A stretch of DNA of 64,000 nucleotides, from NCBI GenBank assembly GCA_963667785.2, contig CAXXMU010000006.1, positions 256,001 through 320,000 of the forward strand, read 5' to 3'. Each line of letters starts with the position of its first letter. Position 1 is the stretch's first letter. The DNA comes from Alphaproteobacteria bacterium. Lineage in GTDB: Bacteria > Pseudomonadota > Alphaproteobacteria > UBA828. The notes below the pieces were generated by a model. That model saw only the letters and a program-made list of their open reading frames with translations. It searched no databases and was not told where the DNA came from. Shown here piece by piece: positions 36,805 through 46,511 of this stretch. Position numbers and translations under genes: made by a program.

Positions 36805-37815
36805 TCAGCCCCTGATGCGCGGGTCGATGGCGAAATAGATCAGGTCCACCAGCAGGTAGATGATCAGCGAGAGAATCGCCGAGAAGAGCACGAAACCCAG
36901 CACCGGATTGATGTCGGCGTTGAGCACGCCCTGCACGGCGTACTGCCCGGCGCCGCCCCAGCTGAAGACGATCTCCACCAGCACCGCGCCGCCGATGAGG
37001 AAGCCGTAGAGCACGCTCACGATGGTGACCACCGAGGGCAGCGAGTTGCGGAACGCCTTGCGGATCACGACCCGCTTGGGCAGCCCGCACATCTCGGCGT
37101 AGCGGATCAGGTCGGATTCCAGCATCCGCTCCATGGTGGCCTGGGTCATCTTGAGGATCGGCCCGGCGTTGATGACGGCGAGCGTGACCACCGGCAGCAC
37201 CAAGTGGCCCAGCGTCGACCAGAGCGCCTGCCAGTTGCCGGCGATCAGGCTGTCGATGATCAGGAAGTTGGTGACCGGCGTCGGCGGCAGCACCGCGAAG
37301 TCGATGCGCCCGAGCGGCGCCGGGGCCACCTGCATGATCGTGTAGAACAGGTAGATCAGGATCAGCCCCAGCCAGAAGTCCGGCAGCGAGCCGGCGAGCA
37401 GGCCGTAGTAGTCGGAGAACTTCTTGACGATCGAGCGCTTGAAGTAGGCGGCGGCGACGCCGAGGGGAATACCGATCAGCAGCGCGAGCAGGAGCGAGAG
37501 GGTGATGAGCTCCAGCGTCGCGGGGAAGCGGATGGCGAGATCGTCGAAGACGGGCTTCGTGGTCTGCCACGAGGTGCCGAGGTCGCCCTGCACCAGGTTC
37601 TGCAGGTAGATCCAGAACTGGTCGATGATCGTGCCGTCGAGCCCCATCTCCGCGTTGAGCATGGCGAGCTGCTCTTCGGTCGCGAAGGGGCCCAGCATCA
37701 TCACGGCCGGGTCGCCGGGGATCAGCTTCACCAGCAGGAAGCTCACCAGGATGATGCCGAAGAGCTGTGGCCCGATGAAGAGGAAGCGGCGGCCGACGTA
37801 GCGGAGGATGCGCAT
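36805..37815 (-). CDS. Peptide ABC transporter permease (DppB-like)
   Basis: IPGDPA, FPATLEL, PDFWLGL and GAVLVEIVFSWGG. Confidence 0.92.
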   Translation of the reverse strand: MRILRYVGRRFLFIGPQLFGIILVSFLLVKLIPGDPAVMMLGPFATEEQLAMLNAEMGLDGTIIDQFWIYLQNLVQGDLGTSWQTTKPVFDDLAIRFPATLELITLSLLLALLIGIPLGVAAAYFKRSIVKKFSDYYGLLAGSLPDFWLGLILIYLFYTIMQVAPAPLGRIDFAVLPPTPVTNFLIIDSLIAGNWQALWSTLGHLVLPVVTLAVINAGPILKMTQATMERMLESDLIRYAEMCGLPKRVVIRKAFRNSLPSVVTIVSVLYGFLIGGAVLVEIVFSWGGAGQYAVQGVLNADINPVLGFVLFSAILSLIIYLLVDLIYFAIDPRIRG

Positions 37816-37824
37816 CGCTCGTCC

Positions 37825-38775
37825 CTACGCCGTCTTCTTCTTCTCGCGCAGCGTGCCGGCGAGCGCGCGCCTGCGCGCCGGGTCCGCCAGCACCTCGACG
37901 CTCGCGCCGACCAGCGCGAAGCCGAACACGGTGACCGCGAGCGCGATGCCGGGGAAGACCGAGGGCCACCACTGGCCGGTGATGATGTTCTGGAAGCCCA
38001 TGGCGATCATGCTGCCCCACTCGGGCGTGGGCGCGACCACGCCGGCGCCGACGAAGCTCAAGGCCGCCGTGAGCAGGATCGACCAGCCGATGTTGACCGA
38101 TAGCTGGGCCAGGATCGGCGCCATCGAATTCGGGATGATGTGGCGCAGCATGATCATCAGGTCGGAGGCGCCCGAGACGTAGGAAGCCTCGACGTAGCGC
38201 ATGTTGCGGATCGCCAGCACCTGGCTGCGCATGAGCCGCAGGTAGATCGGCGCGTTCACGAAGGCGATGGCGGCGATGATGCTCTCCAGGCTCTGGCCGA
38301 AGATCGCCACCAGAGCGATGGCGAAGACGAAGACGGGGAAGGCCTGCAGCACGTCGGCTGCGCGCATCACGAAGCCCGCGCCGAAGGAGCCGAAGCCGCC
38401 GCCTTCCTGGTAATAGCCGACCACCGCACCGATGAAGGAGCCGACGACGGCCGAGATCATCGTGCCCGCGAGCGCGATCGTGAGGTCGATGCGCGGCGCG
38501 TAGACGATGCGGCTGAAGATATCCATGCCGGTCGCATCGGTGCCGAAGAGGTGGCGCCAGCTCGGGCCCTGCAGGAAGTCGGCCGGGTTCGCGACCTCGG
38601 GTTCGTAGGGCGCGATCAGCGGCGCGAAGATGGCGAGCACGATGACGAGCAGAACGATGACGTAGCCGAGCGCAAAAAGGGGCCGCGCCCGCAGCACCGC
38701 GAACAGGAAGCGGAGGGCGAAGAGGGTGGCGTCCCAGCGGCTGCGCTCGGAAGAGCCGGCGGCGATGTCCGTCAT
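37825..38775 (-). CDS. Peptide ABC transporter permease (DppC-like)
   Basis: HLFGTD..G.DIFSR, HIIPN and LSFVGAG..PTPEWG. Confidence 0.92.
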   Translation of the reverse strand: MTDIAAGSSERSRWDATLFALRFLFAVLRARPLFALGYVIVLLVIVLAIFAPLIAPYEPEVANPADFLQGPSWRHLFGTDATGMDIFSRIVYAPRIDLTIALAGTMISAVVGSFIGAVVGYYQEGGGFGSFGAGFVMRAADVLQAFPVFVFAIALVAIFGQSLESIIAAIAFVNAPIYLRLMRSQVLAIRNMRYVEASYVSGASDLMIMLRHIIPNSMAPILAQLSVNIGWSILLTAALSFVGAGVVAPTPEWGSMIAMGFQNIITGQWWPSVFPGIALAVTVFGFALVGASVEVLADPARRRALAGTLREKKKTA

Positions 38776-38879
38776 GGATCGCGCGGCATGCGCGTGGCGC
38801 GAGTGAGTGTTCGCTCAGAACGGAGGGATGCGGGCGGGCCGCGCCGCCGCGGGTGGCGACGCGGCCCGGAGAGCATCCC

Positions 38880-40547
38880 TTACGCCTCCCGACTGAAGTC
38901 CTGGAAGCGGATGTTGTTGGAGGTGTAGTAGGTCCACCCCTTGATGTCGGAGCGACGCGCCATCGAATAGTTCGTGAAGGCGACGAACACCCACGGCGCC
39001 TCACGCATCACGATCTGCTGCACCTCGTCCATCATGGCGAGGCGCGCATCCATGTCGCTCGTCCTCGCCGCATTGTCGATGAGCTCGTCCACCCGTGCGT
39101 TCTCGTAGTTCGAGTAGTTGATGAACGACTTGGAGTGGAAGTAGAGGTTCATCGAGTAGCCCGGATCCGGGCACCACGGCGAATCGTAGTAGAAGATCAT
39201 CGGCTGCTTGCGCTCGGAGACGTTGTTGTAGAACGTCGATGCCGGAATCTTCTTGAGCTGGAGGTTGACCCCGATCTCCTTGAGCGCGCTCTGGAAGAGG
39301 ATCGCGGTGGTCTCCTGCGTCGTCACCGCGGCGTTGTAGCCGAGCGTGGTCTCGAAGCCGTCGCCGTATCCGGCCCCCTTGAGCAGCTCCCGCGCCAGGT
39401 CGAGATTCTGGGTCTCGTATTCCGAATAGTCCCCGTTGAAGCCCGGATAGATGTCGGGCATGCAGCCGGTGAGCGGGCTCGCCAGGTTCTGGAACACGGT
39501 GGAGATGACCTGCTCCTGCGGGAACGCGAAGTTCATCGCGCGGCGCACGTCGATGTTGTCGAAGGGCGGGATCTTGGCGTTGAGCTCGATGAGCAGCTTG
39601 AAGGTCGCGCGGACCGTGTCGACGCTCACGCCCGGCGCGTTCGCGAGCTGCACCAGCTCGAGCGGCTGCAGGTATTGCGCGATGTCCACCGCGCCGCCTT
39701 GCAGAAGCTGGGCCCGGTTGGCAGACGTGGGCACCTCGCGCAGGATCACCGTGTCCATGGCCGCCTTGCCGCCGTAATAGTCGTCGCGGGCCTTGTAGAC
39801 CGCCTGGGCGCCCCGCGTGAGCTGCTCGATGCGGTAGGGGCCGAAGCCGGCGGTCTCGTTCTTCAGGAACTCCTTGGCCCACGGGTCGTCCGAGCCGCCG
39901 GCTGCCTGGCACTGCGTGGAATCGTAGATCGGATTGTAGAGGTTCGGCTGCAGCTTCAGCAGCAGCGGGTTCGGATGATCGAGGTTGAAGGAGACGACGT
40001 ACTTGTCCTCGGCCTTGATCTGCTCCTTCCGCTTGAGGCTGATGGTATTGGCGAAGAAGCCGCCGATGGCGCCCAGCTCCAGCTTGCGATGCCAGGTCCA
40101 GACCACGTCTTCCGCCGTCAGCTCGTTGCCCCAGTTGCTCTTCACGCCTTCGCGCAGCTTGAAGCGGATCCACTGGCTGTTGGGGTCGATGTCCCAGCTT
40201 TCGGCGAGCTTGCCCTTCATGTTCACGCGGCCGGGGCGGTCCGGGTAGTCCTTGATGTCCTCGCGCAGGGCGTCGGGGTCGTCAGGGTCGGGGATCTTCT
40301 CGAATTCGACGAGCGAATCGTAACAGGCGGCCACCGATTCGAAGGTCCCGAGGCTCACGTCATACTCGCTGTCGAGGCTCTGCGGGGTCGCGGGTGCGGC
40401 GATCACCAGCGTCGATGCCCGGTCCTGCGCCAAGGCGTCGCGGCTCGCGATCGCCCCCGGCACCGCCGCAGCCGCGGCTGCCGCGGTCGTGCCCTTGAGG
40501 AAGGTACGCCGGTCCAGCGGCCAGCGATTGCCCGTCGAATTCGTCAT
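38880..40547 (-). CDS. ABC family 5 substrate-binding protein with a Tat signal
   Basis: DRRTFLKG twin-arginine motif; LAESW, FKLREGVK, AGFGPY and PFDNIDVRRAM. Confidence 0.92.
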   Translation of the reverse strand: MTNSTGNRWPLDRRTFLKGTTAAAAAAAVPGAIASRDALAQDRASTLVIAAPATPQSLDSEYDVSLGTFESVAACYDSLVEFEKIPDPDDPDALREDIKDYPDRPGRVNMKGKLAESWDIDPNSQWIRFKLREGVKSNWGNELTAEDVVWTWHRKLELGAIGGFFANTISLKRKEQIKAEDKYVVSFNLDHPNPLLLKLQPNLYNPIYDSTQCQAAGGSDDPWAKEFLKNETAGFGPYRIEQLTRGAQAVYKARDDYYGGKAAMDTVILREVPTSANRAQLLQGGAVDIAQYLQPLELVQLANAPGVSVDTVRATFKLLIELNAKIPPFDNIDVRRAMNFAFPQEQVISTVFQNLASPLTGCMPDIYPGFNGDYSEYETQNLDLARELLKGAGYGDGFETTLGYNAAVTTQETTAILFQSALKEIGVNLQLKKIPASTFYNNVSERKQPMIFYYDSPWCPDPGYSMNLYFHSKSFINYSNYENARVDELIDNAARTSDMDARLAMMDEVQQIVMREAPWVFVAFTNYSMARRSDIKGWTYYTSNNIRFQDFSREA

Positions 40548-40642
40548 GGTGATCTCCCTTGATGAACGGTGCGGGGCCGGTGGCCCCGCAGTCCGCGCCA
40601 ATATAGGCGAACGCGCTGCCCGACGCGACGATCATCCAGCGA

Positions 40643-41665
40643 TCATCGGGCGAAGGCGGCGATCATCGCTTCGTGGTTGGCACGTGTCTCCTCCGGGTCG
40701 TCGGGGAAGATCGGGCATGTCAGAATCACGGTGTCGACGAGGCCCTCGAAGGGCGCGAGCTGCGCGCGCACCTCGTCGGCCGTTCCCGCCAGCACCAGCG
40801 CATCGATCATGTCCTCCGTCACCGCGTCCAGCATGGCCGGAAAGTCGTTTCGCGCATGGGCCGCGCGAATGCGCTCCTTCTGCTCGGCAAACCCCGCCGG
40901 ATCGAGAACGATGTCGAAGTAATCCAGCGTCGCGTAGAAGGCGATCGCATGCCTGGCGAGCGCACGGGCCCGCGCCCGATCCTCATGCACGGTACAGGCC
41001 TTGAGCGTCGCGATCTCGAAGGGGGCACCGGCGCGATCGGCCTTCGCCATGCCGGCGGCGATTCGCGGCCGCACGATGTCGCGGAAATAGGCCGGCGTGT
41101 TCAGCGTGTTGGCCAGCAGGCCATCACCGACCTCGCCGGCCAGCTCGAGCATCCGTTCCCGCACGGCCGCGAGGTAGATCGGCACCGGCGGGCAGGGCGC
41201 GGGGATGAAGCGCCGGTAGCCGCGAACGCTGACGAACTCACCGTCATGGTCGATGGCTTCCGTCGGACTCGCGGTCCACATCTTGCGGATGCACCCGACG
41301 TACTCGCGCATGCGCGCAACCGGTTTGTAGTCGGCGAGCCCATGCCAGTCCCTGTTCCACTCCCGGGGCGCGGTGCCGAGGCCCAACACGAATTTCCGGC
41401 CGGTGAGCTCGGCCATGGTCATGGCCGCGGTCTCGGTGTGCATCGGCGGGCGCGCGAAGGTGGCGACGGCGGTTCCCAATCGCACCGACTCGACGACGCC
41501 GGCCATGGCAGCGAGCGGCGTGAAGGCATCGCGTCCCAGATCGCTCGACCAGAGACTGTCGGCGCCGGCCTCGTCGGCCATGCGGGCGTAGCGGAGAATC
41601 TCGTCCAGCGACAGGTTGTCGCCATTGAAGAGAACGCCCCACTTGATCCGGCGTTCGGCGGCCAC
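40643..41665 (-). CDS. LLM-class (luciferase-like) flavin/F420-dependent oxidoreductase
   Basis: ADEAGADSLW, RLGTAV, FVLGLG and VPIYLAA...MLELAGEVGDG; GTG start after AGGAGG. Confidence 0.88.
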   Translation of the reverse strand: MAAERRIKWGVLFNGDNLSLDEILRYARMADEAGADSLWSSDLGRDAFTPLAAMAGVVESVRLGTAVATFARPPMHTETAAMTMAELTGRKFVLGLGTAPREWNRDWHGLADYKPVARMREYVGCIRKMWTASPTEAIDHDGEFVSVRGYRRFIPAPCPPVPIYLAAVRERMLELAGEVGDGLLANTLNTPAYFRDIVRPRIAAGMAKADRAGAPFEIATLKACTVHEDRARARALARHAIAFYATLDYFDIVLDPAGFAEQKERIRAAHARNDFPAMLDAVTEDMIDALVLAGTADEVRAQLAPFEGLVDTVILTCPIFPDDPEETRANHEAMIAAFAR

Positions 41666-41916
41666 GTCCCCACCTCCTCTCATCGGCTTTCAGCGAAGCG
41701 GCAGGTCGTCGCCGCGACCGCGACCGCGCCTCGCGGGCAATCAACGCATTAACCCGCACTTCTCGCCACGGTCATGGTCCGTGCGGCGGCGAAACACACT
41801 TGCGCCGCCGCGCCCGCTGACGGCAAGCTTCCCACGCGGCAGTCGGGGGAGGATCGTCAGAAGCGGCGCGCCTCGCAATCAACGGTAGAAGGCTGTCGCG
41901 CAGGGAGGGACCGACA

Positions 41917-43605
41917 ATGCACATTTCATGGCTGCATCGCCTGCTCGTTGCGTTCGTGGCTGCCATCGGCATGGCCGGTGCGGCGCAGGCCAAGGACCTG
42001 CTGGTCCTGGCGGACGACATTCCCGCCGGTCTCGACTACGACGGGCCGACGGCCTCGCTGATCCCGACCTACGGCGGCATCGCGAACCTGCTGGAGCCGC
42101 TGGTCTACTACGCCCACGGCGAGGTGAACGAGGAGGGCGTGCAGCTGCTCGACTTCGACAAGTTCGAGGGAAGGCTCGCGGAATCCTGGACCTACGACCC
42201 CGAAACCTTCACCTGGACCTTCACGCTGCGCCAGGGCGTCAAGGGCTGCAACGGCGCCACCTTCAACGCCGATGACGTGGTCTACACCTTCGCCCGCGCC
42301 AAGTCGGTGAGCGGGGCCGCGCCGATCGGCTGGTTCCTCTCCAACGTCGGCTCGATAGATGGTTTCACGCCGGCTGTCTTCGCGCAGGACGAATCCGGTG
42401 CTGCGGCGCGGACGCTCGGCGACGAGGTCAGGAAGATCGACGACTACACGGTCCAGATCCGCCAGTCGGGACCGAATCAGTTGTTCCTCCGCGTGCTCAC
42501 GATCTTCGGCCTCTACATCTACGACAAGGAGACCATGGAGGCCAACGCGACCGAGGAGGACCCCTGGAGCCATACCTACAACAACAACGTCAATGCGCCG
42601 GGCTTCGGCCCCTGGTGCCTCGACGACTGGGACAAGGGCGCGGGCTTCACCGTGAAGGCGAACCCGGACTACTACCTCGGCGCGCCGGCTTACGACCGGG
42701 TGGTGCTGAGGAAGGTGCCGCAGAGCGCGAACCGCGTCGCCATCCTGCAGTCGGGCCGGGCGCAGATCGCAGAGCGGCTGACGCCGAAGGAATACGACAG
42801 CCTCAGCAAGATCGACGGCGTCAAGGTCGTCAGCGCCTACGGCAACGAGAACCTGTTCCTTTACGTGAACTACCAGGTGCCGCCCTACGACAATCTGGCG
42901 ATGCGCAAGGCGCTGGCCCATGCGGTGCCCTACGACAAGGTCATCTCGACCAGCTACTTCGGCAAGGCACGCAAGTGGCCGGGGATGATCCCGACGACCT
43001 ATCCGGGCTACCACGAAGCCTCGGTCCAGTACGCCGAGGATCCGGAGAAGGCCCGCTCCTACCTCGCCGAAGCGGGCTATCCAGAGGGCCAGGGCCTGGA
43101 GGCCTTCCCCGACGCGCTCCGGATCACCTACATCGCCGAGAAGGAATCGGCCCTCGGCCCCACGGCGACAGTGCTGCAGACGGCGCTCCGCGACGTGGGC
43201 ATCCCGATGGAGCTCGATCCCATCCCGCAGACCCAGTACGGCGAGCGCGAGCTGGTCAAGAAGGACATGCCGCTCGGGCTCACCGACCACGTGAAGCCCA
43301 TCGGCGTCGACGCCGCCTACGGCATCCTGCTCAGCTACGTGACGGCGGCCAAGGGCGGGATCATGAACGCCATGAACTACAGCAACGAGGCGGTGGACAA
43401 CGCTCTCTTCTCGACCCTGAACGAGGCGGACGATGCCAAGCGCGCGGCGACGCTCGTGGACATTCAGGAGACGCTGATGGAGGAGCTCGCGATGGTGCCG
43501 ATCCTCGAATACAAGACCCACTGGGCGACGTCGGCGGACGTCACCGGGGTCGTCTGGCACCCGGACAACGCGCTCCACTATTACGACTTCCGCCCGGCCG
43601 AGTAG
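41917..43605 (+). CDS. ABC family 5 substrate-binding protein (Sec signal)
   Basis: Signal peptide, LAESW, FTLRQGVK, GFGPW and PPYDNLAMRKAL. Confidence 0.92.
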   Translation: MHISWLHRLLVAFVAAIGMAGAAQAKDLLVLADDIPAGLDYDGPTASLIPTYGGIANLLEPLVYYAHGEVNEEGVQLLDFDKFEGRLAESWTYDPETFTWTFTLRQGVKGCNGATFNADDVVYTFARAKSVSGAAPIGWFLSNVGSIDGFTPAVFAQDESGAAARTLGDEVRKIDDYTVQIRQSGPNQLFLRVLTIFGLYIYDKETMEANATEEDPWSHTYNNNVNAPGFGPWCLDDWDKGAGFTVKANPDYYLGAPAYDRVVLRKVPQSANRVAILQSGRAQIAERLTPKEYDSLSKIDGVKVVSAYGNENLFLYVNYQVPPYDNLAMRKALAHAVPYDKVISTSYFGKARKWPGMIPTTYPGYHEASVQYAEDPEKARSYLAEAGYPEGQGLEAFPDALRITYIAEKESALGPTATVLQTALRDVGIPMELDPIPQTQYGERELVKKDMPLGLTDHVKPIGVDAAYGILLSYVTAAKGGIMNAMNYSNEAVDNALFSTLNEADDAKRAATLVDIQETLMEELAMVPILEYKTHWATSADVTGVVWHPDNALHYYDFRPAE

Positions 43606-43622
43606 GGCGCCGAGCGGGAGGC

Positions 43623-44249
43623 ATGACGGTGGAGATGGAGCTCACCAAGGAGCGCACGGCGCTCGTCGTCATCGACATGCAGCGGGCCTTCCTCGAGGAC
43701 GAGGGCTCGCTGGCGAAGGCGGGAATCGACATCACCGGGCTGAAGGCGGCGCTCGAGCCGTGCCGGCGGCTCCTCGCGTCGGCCCGCCAGGCCGGGGTGC
43801 CGGTGATTCACACCCGCTACGTCTACCGGCCGGACTACGCCGACGGCGGCATCCTCGTGAACTACATCATGCCGCAACTCCGAGAGGTGGACTCGCTCGC
43901 CGCCGGCACGCCGGACATCGAGATCGTCGACGAGCTCGCGCCGGTGGACGGCGAGACGGTGATCGACAAGAACCGGCCGAGCGCCTTCTACGCCACCAAC
44001 ATCGAGCCTCTGCTGAACGGCCTCGGGGTCGACAGCCTCGTCGTCTGCGGGGTGACCACCAACATCTGCGTCGAGACCACGGTGCGCGACGCGAGCCAGC
44101 GCGACTACAAGGTCTTCGTGCCGAAGGATGCGACCGGCGAGCTCGAACAGCTCCGCTACGACGGCGCTCTCGCCGGCATGGCCTGGGTGTTCGCCAAGAT
44201 CGTGGACACCGACGACGTGATCAACGTCTGGGGCCAGGGCAACCAGTGA
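43623..44249 (+). CDS. Cysteine hydrolase (isochorismatase family), RutB-like amidohydrolase
   Basis: Asp-Lys-Cys triad: VIDMQ, IDKNRPSAF and GVTTNICVETTVRDA. Confidence 0.88.
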   Translation: MTVEMELTKERTALVVIDMQRAFLEDEGSLAKAGIDITGLKAALEPCRRLLASARQAGVPVIHTRYVYRPDYADGGILVNYIMPQLREVDSLAAGTPDIEIVDELAPVDGETVIDKNRPSAFYATNIEPLLNGLGVDSLVVCGVTTNICVETTVRDASQRDYKVFVPKDATGELEQLRYDGALAGMAWVFAKIVDTDDVINVWGQGNQ

Positions 44250-44299
44250 GCGAGCGGCCGGCGGCCCGGCGGCGGCCGGCGGCTATACGGTGATTTCGA

Positions 44300-44513
44300 C
44301 CCCAACCCACCTCCCCCTGTCCCCCTCCCCCCTGAAGGGCGGAGGGGGAACGCAAGCAGCGCCGCCCGTTACTCCCTCTCCTCCCCCTCGCGCCGCAAGG
44401 CGCGGTAGCCAAGCTCGCGGAGCGAGCGCGTCGCGCGGAAACGCGCGCATGAGCGCGCGATGCGACTGAGGGATACGCAAAGAGGGGAGGAGAGGGCCGG
44501 GGTGAGGAGGGGG
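44300..44513. repeat. Composite CCCTCTCC/GGAGAGGG-type palindromic (REP/CIR-like) element with a nested hairpin insert
   Basis: Hairpin TCCCCCTCC..GGAGGGGGA, then stem CCCTCTCCTCCCC..GGGGAGGAGAGGG enclosing ~90 nt of further hairpins. Confidence 0.7.
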
Positions 44514-44536
44514 CGGTTCCGCCCGGTCTGCGCGGG

Positions 44537-45568
44537 ATGATCGGCCGCTTCGTCATCCGCCGCCTCGGGATCGCCGTCCTCCAGCTTCTCGGCGTGGCGC
44601 TCGCCGTCTTCTTCCTCATCAGGCTGCTGCCGGCCGATCCCGTCGCCCGGCTGGTCGGGCTCAACGCCAGCGAGGAGGCGTATGCCCAGGCCGAGCGCAC
44701 CCTCGGCCTCGACCGGCCCGTCGCCGATCAGCTGCTGAGCTTCCTCGGGCTTTCTTCCGGTAGGGGCGCAGACGGGCTGGCCGACGGCAGCCTCGGCCTC
44801 TCCTGGGTGACAGGCGATCCGATATTCCTCGAAATCGGGCGCTTCCTGCCGGTCACGCTGGAGCTGGTCACGCTCGCGCTCCTGATCTCGTTCCTGATCG
44901 CCATCCCGCTCGGCATGGCGAGCGCGACCAAGCCGGGCGGCATCGCCGACCGCATCGCCTTCGTCTGGGGCCTCTTCGCCGGCGCCCAGCCGGACTACTG
45001 GTGGGGCCTGCTGTTCGTCTTCCTCTTCTTCTTCATTCTCGGCATCGCGCCGCCGCCGCTCGGCCGCATCGACCCGCTGCTCATCGAGCCGAGCGTCATC
45101 ACGGGCTTCCTCACCGTCGATTCGCTGCTGCAGGGACGCCTCGACACGTTCGTCTCGTCCCTCCATCACCTGATGCTGCCGATTCTGACCCAGGTGTTCG
45201 TGGTCTCCGGCGCCATCACCAAGATGGTGCGGCAGAACATGGTCCGCGCGCTGCAGTCCGACTACATCCTCTACGCCCGCTGCTGCGGCCTCTCCAAGCG
45301 GGAAGTCGGGCGCTACGCGCTCCGCGCCGCGCTGACGCCGGCAGTCACGCTGGTCGGCATCTTCTACGGCGTGCTGCTGAGCGCCGCCGTCACCGTGGAG
45401 CTTGTGTTCTCGCTGGGTGGCATCGGCGAGTACGCGATCCGCTCCATCCTCTCCTTCGACTACCCGGCGATCCAGGGCGTGGTGCTGATCGTCGCGCTGG
45501 TGTCGCTGCTCATCTATCTGCTGCTCGACATCATCCACGCCTACCTCGATCCCCGGGTGAAGTACTGA
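44537..45568 (+). CDS. Peptide ABC transporter permease (DppB-like)
   Basis: LPADPV, LPVTLEL, PDYWWGL and VELVFSLGGIG...LDPR. Confidence 0.92.
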   Translation: MIGRFVIRRLGIAVLQLLGVALAVFFLIRLLPADPVARLVGLNASEEAYAQAERTLGLDRPVADQLLSFLGLSSGRGADGLADGSLGLSWVTGDPIFLEIGRFLPVTLELVTLALLISFLIAIPLGMASATKPGGIADRIAFVWGLFAGAQPDYWWGLLFVFLFFFILGIAPPPLGRIDPLLIEPSVITGFLTVDSLLQGRLDTFVSSLHHLMLPILTQVFVVSGAITKMVRQNMVRALQSDYILYARCCGLSKREVGRYALRAALTPAVTLVGIFYGVLLSAAVTVELVFSLGGIGEYAIRSILSFDYPAIQGVVLIVALVSLLIYLLLDIIHAYLDPRVKY

Positions 45569-45584
45569 GCGGGGCGGGCGCGGC

Positions 45585-46511
45585 ATGACCGATCTCACGG
45601 GCACTCCGAACTCCGCACTGCCGGCGGTGGATCGGCGCAGCCTCCTCGCCCGGCTGCGCAGCGACCGCTTCTTTCTCGTCGGCGCAGTGATCGTCGTGCT
45701 CTCGCTCTTTCTCGCGGCCTTCGGCCCGCTCATCAGCCCCTACGACCCGCTGCGCTCGACCGGCGAGATCTCGGCACCACCGCCGCCCATCGAGACCTGG
45801 CCGCGCCTTCTCTACGAGACGGTGAGCGGACAGCGCGAGGCCCCGCCGCACTGGTTCGGCACCGACCAGTCCGGCCTCGACGTGTTCTCGCGCGTCATCT
45901 CGGCGCCGCGCGCGGACATGACCATCGCGCTCGGCGGCGCGCTGATCTCGCTGGTGATCGGCACCTTCCTCGGTCTGCTCGCGGGCTTCTATCGCAACTG
46001 GGCGACCGAGTTCATGATGCGAATCTCGGACGTGCTGCAGTCCTTCCCGGTCTTCATCACCGCGATGATCCTGGTCGCCCTCTCGGGCCGCCAGACAGGC
46101 AACCTGGTGCTGGCGCTGGCGCTGGTCTACACGCCGATCTTCGTCCGCCTCACCCGCGCCGAGGTGATGGCGCAGAGTTCGCGCGGCTACGTGCAGGCGG
46201 CGCTCGCGGTCGGCAACTCGCGCTGGACCATCGCGATCAAGCACGTGCTGCCCAACTCGCTCGTGCCCTCGCTGGTGCAGATGTCGGTCACCATCGGGTT
46301 CGCGATCATCCTGACGGCCGGGCTGAGCTTCGTCGGCGCAGGCGTCCGCCCGCCGACGCCCGAATGGGGCAGCATGATCTCCATCGGCGCGCAGCAGCTC
46401 ATCCTCGGCGAGTGGTGGCCCTCGGTCTTTCCCGGCGTCGCCATCTCGCTGACGGTGCTGGGCTACGCCTTCGTCGGCCACACCATCGAAGCCGAGTTCC
46501 GCGAGACATGA
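45585..46511 (+). CDS. Peptide ABC transporter permease (DppC-like)
   Basis: HWFGTD..G.DVFSR, HVLPN and LSFVGAGVRPPTPEWG. Confidence 0.92.
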   Translation: MTDLTGTPNSALPAVDRRSLLARLRSDRFFLVGAVIVVLSLFLAAFGPLISPYDPLRSTGEISAPPPPIETWPRLLYETVSGQREAPPHWFGTDQSGLDVFSRVISAPRADMTIALGGALISLVIGTFLGLLAGFYRNWATEFMMRISDVLQSFPVFITAMILVALSGRQTGNLVLALALVYTPIFVRLTRAEVMAQSSRGYVQAALAVGNSRWTIAIKHVLPNSLVPSLVQMSVTIGFAIILTAGLSFVGAGVRPPTPEWGSMISIGAQQLILGEWWPSVFPGVAISLTVLGYAFVGHTIEAEFRET

